52,281 nucleotides of DNA from contig JAJRTC010000216.1 of NCBI GenBank assembly GCA_024278445.1, forward strand, positions 1 through 52,281, given 5' to 3'. This stretch comes from Nitrospirota bacterium. Its GTDB lineage: Bacteria > Nitrospinota_A > UBA7883 > JAJRTC01. Position 1 is the first letter of the stretch. The number at the start of each line of letters is the position of its first letter. Under the pieces are notes generated by a model. That model saw only the letters and a program-made list of their open reading frames with translations, had not been told where the DNA came from and did not search any database. Shown here in pieces: positions 45,966 through 52,281 of the stretch. The translations under genes and the position numbers were made by a program.

Positions 45966-47033
45966 TTAACTGGCGGCAACGGTTTTATTCTTTGCAAGAA
46001 GCCTTGCCACAAGATCGTATAAAACCGGTGCCGGGCTAACGGCGCTTCGCATCACGTTCATGCCTGCTTCAAGTAGCGCCCTCTGCCCGTCGACAAAAAA
46101 TGGAGTTTCCCATCTTCCGGCCATTCTCCAGACATCCGTAAGAACAAAATCGTGCCCGCCAACGGCAGATTTAAACGCTTCATATGACCCGCCTTCACAC
46201 TTGAAGCTATGAGCGGCAGAGAGCAGAGCCAGTTCTTTTGTTATCGATTTTAAAATCATCTGGGCCGGGGTGTTGTTTTCCATGAGCGTATCAAGTATTG
46301 CCATTGCCATGTTCATATCGCGTTTGCGGATGGCCCGCGTTAAATCCCACACTTGCGCCGTTCTGTTATCGCCTACGGTTTCTTCCACCATGCCCAACGT
46401 CACTTCGATTTCATCCCCCGCGTAGGCTGAAAGTTTTTCGACCTCACCGTCGAGGCGGTCAAGATCCCTGTCACATAAATCGACAAGAAGCTCTATTACC
46501 TGCCTGTTAACAGACAATCCATGCCTCCGAAAACGCCCTGTAACCCATTTGTATATTTCTTCACCGCGCGGTGCCGAGAACCTTACCGCCACACAGTTTT
46601 CCACTACAGCTTTAAGCAATTCCGTTTTTTCAAACGTTGTTATAGCTTTAGAATTGCCCTTCCCGGTAACAACCGCAAGAATGAGCGTTGAGGAGGGGTT
46701 AGGGTTACGCGCATACTCCTCAAATGTTTTGGCCGTTGCCTTGTCAAGCTTTACGATAGGCCCAACCCAAACGACCTTGGAACCTCCGAACATCGACATG
46801 GTGTTAAGCTGGCCGACGATCTCCGCAGGCGACATGTCGTCTTGCCCGGAACCTGCGCCGACATAACGGAAAAAATTTTCTTCCCCCACTTCATCTGTGA
46901 ATATAGCCCTCAAGCGGTTGGCCGCCTCCTGTATCCTTCTCGGTTCCGACCCGTATAAAAGATAAAAAGGCTCACGTTTAAACTTGTCACTTGCTAATTT
47001 TTTGGCGAGTTCTGCGGGCTGGATTTTTGCCAT
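45966..47033 (-). CDS. holA: DNA polymerase III subunit delta
   Basis: 355 aa with an N-terminus of ...PFYLLYGSEPRRIQE and size and architecture like HolA. It sits next to rpsT, as in many genomes. Confidence 0.7.
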   Translation of the reverse strand: MAKIQPAELAKKLASDKFKREPFYLLYGSEPRRIQEAANRLRAIFTDEVGEENFFRYVGAGSGQDDMSPAEIVGQLNTMSMFGGSKVVWVGPIVKLDKATAKTFEEYARNPNPSSTLILAVVTGKGNSKAITTFEKTELLKAVVENCVAVRFSAPRGEEIYKWVTGRFRRHGLSVNRQVIELLVDLCDRDLDRLDGEVEKLSAYAGDEIEVTLGMVEETVGDNRTAQVWDLTRAIRKRDMNMAMAILDTLMENNTPAQMILKSITKELALLSAAHSFKCEGGSYEAFKSAVGGHDFVLTDVWRMAGRWETPFFVDGQRALLEAGMNVMRSAVSPAPVLYDLVARLLAKNKTVAAS

Positions 47034-47040
47034 AGGTTTA

Positions 47041-47769
47041 TCAGCGGCCGTATATCAGCCTGTCTATGAGGTATTTAGGCAGGTTAAACTCTCTCATTTT
47101 CTCCTGCACAGCTTCGATGTTATATGAAACCCGCACAAACTCAACGCTGTTTTCAAGAGAATCAAATAAAACCCAGCACGACCTCGGGTCACCGTCCCTC
47201 GGCTGGCCGACCGACCCTATATTGACTATATATTTTTTATCATGGTCGAGCGCCATTTTATCTTCCCTGTAAACATTGATATCCTGCGCGTTTTCAAATT
47301 CTATTATTACCGGCTGATGGGAATGCCCGATGAAACTCACATTTCGCTCAAGAAACGGATAGTTATCAACCGCGTCTTTTTTTGTCATGATATACATCCA
47401 CTCCTCAGGATATCGGGGGGTGGAATGGGCCACAAAAAAGCCGTCTAACAGAGACGAAGCCTCCGTTTGTGCAAGAAACTTTTTGTGCGTATCAAGCAAG
47501 ACTTCGCCTGTCCAGTCAACTGCGGCCTTGGCGTACGGGTTAAAATAGTCTGCGGGCGTTTTGCCAACAACGGCCCAGTCATGATTGCCACCCAGCACAA
47601 GGTCGGTCACTTCTCGTAATTTTTCCATGCACTCGTTAGGATTGGGCCCGTAACCTATGATATCGCCCAAAAACGCTATTTTGTCTACATTTGAAGTGCG
47701 TATAGATTCCAAAACGGAGTTGAACGCTTCTATGTTCGAGTGAATATCTGAAATAAGAGCGTAACGCAT
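47041..47769 (-). CDS. Metallophosphoesterase-family protein
   Basis: 242 aa with the motifs ISDIHSN, GDIIGYG, GNHD and GHSH. Confidence 0.8.
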   Translation of the reverse strand: MRYALISDIHSNIEAFNSVLESIRTSNVDKIAFLGDIIGYGPNPNECMEKLREVTDLVLGGNHDWAVVGKTPADYFNPYAKAAVDWTGEVLLDTHKKFLAQTEASSLLDGFFVAHSTPRYPEEWMYIMTKKDAVDNYPFLERNVSFIGHSHQPVIIEFENAQDINVYREDKMALDHDKKYIVNIGSVGQPRDGDPRSCWVLFDSLENSVEFVRVSYNIEAVQEKMREFNLPKYLIDRLIYGR

Positions 47770-47790
47770 AGCCTAAAACCTCACAAGCTT

Positions 47791-48201
47791 TCAGGACGCC
47801 TTGGCTTTCATGGCACGGTCCAGAAGTCCGTTAATAAAACCTGCTGATTTTTTATCACAATACGCTTTGGCAAGTTCGATAGCCTCGTCTATCACAACAT
47901 TGTCCGGGGTGTCAGGCGTGAAAAGCAATTCATAAATTGCCATCCGCAACAAGGCACGCTCAATAAACCCAAGCCGCTCCACGTCCCAGTTTTCAGAAAC
48001 AGTTTTAATCGTTTCATCTATCTTTGAGAGATTTTCCGCAACACCATTGATGATAGACTCCGAAAAATTACGGTCTACGTTTTCATTTTCGTTTTCAGAC
48101 CAGTAATCATCCAGAAGCTCAGAATAATCGGTCTCGCTACGGAGATCGGCCTGATAAAGAATTTTCAGCACCGCCTCGCGTGACCTGTGACGCGCACCCA
48201 T
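47791..48201 (-). CDS. nusB: Transcription antitermination factor NusB
   Basis: 136 aa, RHRSREAVLKILYQ...AILRMAIYEL-type sequence, downstream of ribH. Confidence 0.9.
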   Translation of the reverse strand: MGARHRSREAVLKILYQADLRSETDYSELLDDYWSENENENVDRNFSESIINGVAENLSKIDETIKTVSENWDVERLGFIERALLRMAIYELLFTPDTPDNVVIDEAIELAKAYCDKKSAGFINGLLDRAMKAKAS

Positions 48202-48205
48202 AAAG

Positions 48206-48673
48206 TTACAGCTTTTTATCGAGGTTAATCATCTCGATGGCAGAAACCGCCGCATCGAACCCTTTGTTGCCAGACTTTGTCCCGGCACGCTCAATCGCCT
48301 GTTCTATCGTGTCTACGGTAAGCACACCAAAAGAAACCGGAACACCGGAATCCATCATTACCTGGGCCACCCCCTTCGACACCTCGGAGGAAACATATTC
48401 AAAATGCGGCGTTGCGCCACGGATGACGCATCCTAAACATATTATGGCGTTATATTTGCCCTTCGTGCGGAGAGCGAGCTTGTTTGCCACAAACGGTATC
48501 TCAAAAGCGCCAGGGACGCGGTATACGTCGATATCCTTATCTTTAACCCCGTGGCGAACAAGGCCGTCCACGGCCCCGTCCAGGAGCTTCTCGCCAATAA
48601 AGGAGTTAAACCTGCCAACAACAATGGCGACTTTTGCGCCACCGCCATTCAAAGAGCCTTCAATGTTATTCAC
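48206..48673 (-). CDS. ribH: 6,7-dimethyl-8-ribityllumazine synthase
   Basis: 155 aa with [17 protein letters not shown] and GVLT motifs. Confidence 0.93.
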   Translation of the reverse strand: MNNIEGSLNGGGAKVAIVVGRFNSFIGEKLLDGAVDGLVRHGVKDKDIDVYRVPGAFEIPFVANKLALRTKGKYNAIICLGCVIRGATPHFEYVSSEVSKGVAQVMMDSGVPVSFGVLTVDTIEQAIERAGTKSGNKGFDAAVSAIEMINLDKKL

Positions 48674-48711
48674 TGTTCTGTTTTCCTGTCGATTAATCTG
48701 AAAATGTTCAT

Positions 48712-49938
48712 TTAGTTTTTCTTCGTATTTTTTATCTCAAGCATATGCCCAAGTTTGTTTTGTTTCGATTTCAAGTAGCGAAGATTGTTAGCTTTAGGTG
48801 TGCATATAGACGGCACCCTCTCGGCAATATGAAGCCCATATCCATCAAGCCCCACAACCTTGCGCGGGTTGTTCGTTATAAGTCTTATCTCGTGCAGGCC
48901 AAGGTCGCGCAATATTTGCGCCCCGATGCCATAATCACGCAGATCGTCTTTAAACCCAAGTTTCTGGTTCGCCTGCACGGTATCCGCCCCTTCATCCTGA
49001 AGAGCATATGCTTTTAACTTGTTCACAAGCCCTATGCCGCGCCCTTCCTGAAAAAGGTACAGAAGAACGCCACGTCCTTCGGCTGAGATGGTTTTCATCG
49101 AAAGTTCCAACTGCTCGCCACAATCGCACCGTTCAGACCCGAAAACGTCGCCCGTAAGACACTGGGAGTGCACCCGAACAAGGCAAGGCTCTTCGCTTGC
49201 GATATCACCCATATAAAGCGCCATATGCACTTCATCATTCAAGGTGTTCTCATATGCTATGGCATTGAACACACCATGTTTTGTAGGGATTGTCGTTTCC
49301 GCCGCACGTCGAACGAAAAACTCGTTTTTAAGGCGATACTCCACAATATCTTTTACCGTTATCATTCTCAGCGAATGTTCTTTTGAGAACTTTGCAAGTT
49401 GAGGCGCCCTTGCCATCGTGCCGTCCTCATTCATAATTTCGCAGATGACGGCCGAAGGTGAAAGCCCCGCTATTCTGCAAAGATCGACAGAGCCTTCCGT
49501 CTGCCCTATACGAACCAAAACTCCGCCCTCCCTCGCACGCAACGGAAACACATGTCCGGGGCGAGCCAAGTCTTCAGGCTTTGCGTTTTCGGCTATGGCG
49601 GCTTTTATGGTGGTACACCTGTCTGCGGCCGATATACCGGTCGTCACGCCTTCACGCGCTTCTATCGAAACCGTAAAGCCTGTGCCGAACGACGACGTGT
49701 TATCTGTAACCATTGGCGGCAGGTTAAGCGCGTCACACTTCTGCGGCGTCAGGGAGAGGCAGATAAGGCCGCGCCCCTCTTTTGCCATAAAATTTACGGC
49801 TCCAGCAGTAACTTTCTCAGCCGCGATGACTAAATCGCCTTCATTTTCGCGATCTTCGTCATCAACCATGATAACCATCCGACCATTTTTAAGGTCTTCT
49901 ATGGCATCTGATATATCATTGAATTTTCTGGACTTCAC
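48712..49938 (-). CDS. ribBA: Bifunctional 3,4-dihydroxy-2-butanone-4-phosphate synthase / GTP cyclohydrolase II
   Basis: 408 aa. DHBP synthase region ([11 protein letters not shown]) plus GCH-II region ([10 protein letters not shown]...CDCG). Confidence 0.93.
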   Translation of the reverse strand: MKSRKFNDISDAIEDLKNGRMVIMVDDEDRENEGDLVIAAEKVTAGAVNFMAKEGRGLICLSLTPQKCDALNLPPMVTDNTSSFGTGFTVSIEAREGVTTGISAADRCTTIKAAIAENAKPEDLARPGHVFPLRAREGGVLVRIGQTEGSVDLCRIAGLSPSAVICEIMNEDGTMARAPQLAKFSKEHSLRMITVKDIVEYRLKNEFFVRRAAETTIPTKHGVFNAIAYENTLNDEVHMALYMGDIASEEPCLVRVHSQCLTGDVFGSERCDCGEQLELSMKTISAEGRGVLLYLFQEGRGIGLVNKLKAYALQDEGADTVQANQKLGFKDDLRDYGIGAQILRDLGLHEIRLITNNPRKVVGLDGYGLHIAERVPSICTPKANNLRYLKSKQNKLGHMLEIKNTKKN

Positions 49939-49991
49939 TTAATTCACCATTATTGCAAGCGTACAAAATGCCATTTGGACCCAACCTGGAC

Positions 49992-50639
49992 CTAGCAGTC
50001 AAAACCGTGTTTGTTCAGAAATTCCTTGTTTATAGAATCACCGGAAGAAACAGCCGCGTTGACAAAGTTTTCAACGTATCTGGCTATCATATCATATTCG
50101 ATGTTTACGAAACTCCCGGGTTTAAGAGAGTTTAGGCGAGTTTCGTTATATGTGTGAGGGATTACGGCCACCGTGAAGGAGTTCTCGCGCTTATCAGCCA
50201 CGGTAAGGCTTATCCCGTCCACCGCGATAGAACCTTTCCCGATTATATATTTCATGTCGTTTTTTGGCAGGCTGACCTCGATCTCATAGCCTTCGCCAAC
50301 TGCGTCGCACCGGGCAAGCGTCCCGACGGTGTCTATGTGGCCAGATACGATATGTCCGCCCATCCTGTCTCCCAACTTCGTTGCCCGTTCAATGTTAAGC
50401 TTATCGCCCGTTTTCACGTTTTTAAATGTGGTACGGCTTAAAGTCTCGCTCGACACGTCGAAAGTCAAAACAGGCCCATTGATTGTGACCACCGTAAGGC
50501 ATGTGCCGTTTAGCGCCACGCTCTCGCCTATAACAGGATTTTCTACACATGTCCCGGTATCAACCTCAAGCGATAAATCGGAAGAAGCACGCCGGACAGC
50601 CTTTGCTATCCCGACACCTTCAATTATTCCTGTAAACAT
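49992..50639 (-). CDS. ribE: Riboflavin synthase
   Basis: MFTGIIEGVG start at 50639, with a duplicated lumazine-binding barrel (GDRMGGHIVSGHID). The track ORF carries a 16-codon upstream extension. Confidence 0.9.
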   Translation of the reverse strand: MFTGIIEGVGIAKAVRRASSDLSLEVDTGTCVENPVIGESVALNGTCLTVVTINGPVLTFDVSSETLSRTTFKNVKTGDKLNIERATKLGDRMGGHIVSGHIDTVGTLARCDAVGEGYEIEVSLPKNDMKYIIGKGSIAVDGISLTVADKRENSFTVAVIPHTYNETRLNSLKPGSFVNIEYDMIARYVENFVNAAVSSGDSINKEFLNKHGFDC

Positions 50640-50664
50640 TTTTCCATCCTGAATAGAAACCGTA

Positions 50665-51762
50665 CTAATTGCCGATTTTACCTTCAATTACAACATCTGC
50701 GCCACAGACCTTAATGCTCACACATTCAAGCAGTAGCGCATCAGACATTTTCTTTACAGATTTGCAGGCAACGGCAGAGCGCCGCCCGCCCACAATTTTT
50801 GGAGCGATAAAAAACATCACATGGTCGATAATGCGGGCCTCAACGGCGGCTCCGGCAAGTTCCCCCGCCCCTTCGAGCATAAGACTCATCACACCTCTAT
50901 CCCCCAATTTTTTCATGAGCCATTTAAGGCGAACTTTTCCAGCTCCAGGCGAAACCAAAACCTCCGCACCCATTTTTTCAAGCTTTTTGATTTTCGCAGG
51001 AGACGCTTTCCTGGTAGTTGCGATAACAGTCCGCGCCCTGCCTGCCGTTTTCATTATTTTAGAATCGAGCGGAATAGAAAGAGCGCCATCCACCACTACG
51101 CGTAAAGGACGAAAAAACGCCCGCCCAACACGCGCGGAGAGACGGGGATCGTCCGCTAACACGGTTTCAGAACCAACCATAACGGCGTCTACCTGATTTC
51201 TTATATCATGAACAAGGCGACGTGATTCATCAGACGTTATCCATTTTGAATCACCCGATTCCGTTGCAATCTTTCCGTCAAGCGTCATCGCTGTTTTTAA
51301 AAGAACGAAAGGGATGCCGGTAGTTGAGTGTTTGATAAAATCCCTGATAAGGCTTTTACAACTATCCTCTAAAACCCCGGTTCTAACTATTACGCCCGCC
51401 CGTTTTAATTTTGCAATTCCTCTCGCTCCTTTTTTGGGCGACGTATCTTTTGCGCCTATCACAACTTCTTTTATACCCGCCTTTATTATGGCGTCCGTAC
51501 ATGGAGGGGTTTTGCCAAAGTGGTTGCACGGCTCCAGCGTTACATAGATAGTCGCCCCTTTAGGTGACGTTTCAAGCGAGTTTAACGCTTCTGTTTCGGC
51601 ATGAGGAGCGCCTGCTTTTTTATGAAATCCTTCGCCTATAATTTTTCCGTTTTTTACTATCACCGCGCCAACGGCGGGGTTGGGCGAAGTTCGCCCCTTC
51701 CCTTTAAGCGCAAGCTCAATGGCCCGCTCCATAAACGTTTTGTCAGTTTCCGTTTGTTTCAC
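50665..51762 (-). CDS. ribD: Bifunctional diaminohydroxyphosphoribosylaminopyrimidine deaminase / 5-amino-6-(5-phosphoribosylamino)uracil reductase
   Basis: 365 aa. Deaminase zinc motifs HAE...[11 protein letters not shown] plus a C-terminal reductase domain. The GTG start overlaps the ppdK TGA. Confidence 0.9.
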   Translation of the reverse strand: MKQTETDKTFMERAIELALKGKGRTSPNPAVGAVIVKNGKIIGEGFHKKAGAPHAETEALNSLETSPKGATIYVTLEPCNHFGKTPPCTDAIIKAGIKEVVIGAKDTSPKKGARGIAKLKRAGVIVRTGVLEDSCKSLIRDFIKHSTTGIPFVLLKTAMTLDGKIATESGDSKWITSDESRRLVHDIRNQVDAVMVGSETVLADDPRLSARVGRAFFRPLRVVVDGALSIPLDSKIMKTAGRARTVIATTRKASPAKIKKLEKMGAEVLVSPGAGKVRLKWLMKKLGDRGVMSLMLEGAGELAGAAVEARIIDHVMFFIAPKIVGGRRSAVACKSVKKMSDALLLECVSIKVCGADVVIEGKIGN

Positions 51763-52281
51763 GTCGACCGCCGCTTCATCGCCTTCTCAGCATCTTTCAG
51801 CACGGCCTGCGCGGATGCAAGCCTTGCTATCGGCACGCGGTATGGCGAACAGGAAACATAGTCCATCCCTATCTTGTGGCAAAACTCGACTGAAGCAGGC
51901 TCACCTCCATGCTCGCCGCATATACCTATTTTAAGACCAGGTTTTGTATCCCGGCCACGGGAAATACCAAGTTTCACAAGCTCGCCTACGCCCTCGCAAT
52001 CTATCGTCACGAACGGATCGTTTGGCAATATCCCCTCGCCAACATAGTGTGGCAGGAAGCGGCCAGAGTCGTCACGCGACAAACCGAAAGTGGTTTGCGT
52101 AAGGTCGTTTGTGCCGAACGAGAAAAAGTCAGACTCCGTTGCTATCTCACCTGCCGTAATGGCCGCGCGTGGCAGTTCTATCATAGAGCCGACAGAATAT
52201 TTTATTTTTACCCCAGCCTTTTTCATCACGTCTTTTGCCACAGCCATAACGTTTTTACGAAGCCTTTTTAACTCCTCAACA
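51759..52281 (-). CDS. ppdK: Pyruvate, phosphate dikinase, C-terminal PEP-utilising TIM-barrel part; 5' end off the window
   Basis: [20 protein letters not shown]...[40 protein letters not shown]. The frame stays open to the window edge. Confidence 0.85.
   Translation of the reverse strand, partial: VEELKRLRKNVMAVAKDVMKKAGVKIKYSVGSMIELPRAAITAGEIATESDFFSFGTNDLTQTTFGLSRDDSGRFLPHYVGEGILPNDPFVTIDCEGVGELVKLGISRGRDTKPGLKIGICGEHGGEPASVEFCHKIGMDYVSCSPYRVPIARLASAQAVLKDAEKAMKRRST

Overview
This is a 52.3-kb, densely coding chromosomal segment (about 50 genes) from a diderm, Gram-negative-type bacterium; I cannot name the lineage from sequence alone. GC is roughly 50% by hand sampling.

Most of the window is core metabolism in tight same-strand operons:
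- purB-purC.
- gmhA-hldE (ADP-heptose), followed by a deoxyhypusine-synthase-like gene and an MBL hydrolase.
- radC.
- UDP-glucose dehydrogenase plus UDP-glucuronate decarboxylase.
- glnB-glnA, driven by a sigma-54 promoter.
- glgB.
- A DUF4390 gene plus an NtrY-type histidine kinase.
- tRNA-Arg(TCT).
- lysA-dapF-dapA-dapB.
- pcm-GH57.
- nfo.
- A 2-Cys peroxiredoxin.
- crcB and a DUF190 gene.
- rpsT.
- holA.
- ribD-ribE-ribBA-ribH-nusB, with ribD overlapping the stop codon of ppdK.

Three stretches are not ordinary:
1. 17.4-27.4 kb is a visibly AT-richer block of seven same-strand genes that ends next to tRNA-Arg. It encodes a SAM methyltransferase, a GT4 glycosyltransferase with an in-frame stop, a B12-binding radical-SAM enzyme, a membrane-anchored radical-SAM/SPASM enzyme and three large polytopic membrane proteins. 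Two of these membrane proteins are tandem paralogs, and one carries a perfect 24-bp in-frame tandem repeat. The block has no recognisable priming transferase, flippase or ABC exporter, sugar-nucleotide genes or integrase. This is my best candidate for an undescribed envelope-modification system.
2. 13.2-14.2 kb is a gene-poor kilobase with a perfect sigma-54 -24/-12 element, overlapping mini-ORFs, a G10 tract and a 12-bp-stem hairpin. It lies upstream of the DUF4390/NtrY-type kinase pair, which has no adjacent response regulator.
3. 37.9-44.8 kb encodes a secreted ankyrin protein, small charged proteins, a cNMP-binding protein with a roughly 330-aa unassigned C-terminal region, and a transmembrane histidine-kinase-like protein lacking the phospho-acceptor His and with degenerate ATP-lid motifs. 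It also holds an IF2_N-like single-pass membrane protein packed directly upstream of crcB and the DUF190 gene, with no fluoride riboswitch.

All functional calls rest on motif and family recognition by eye. No searches were run.
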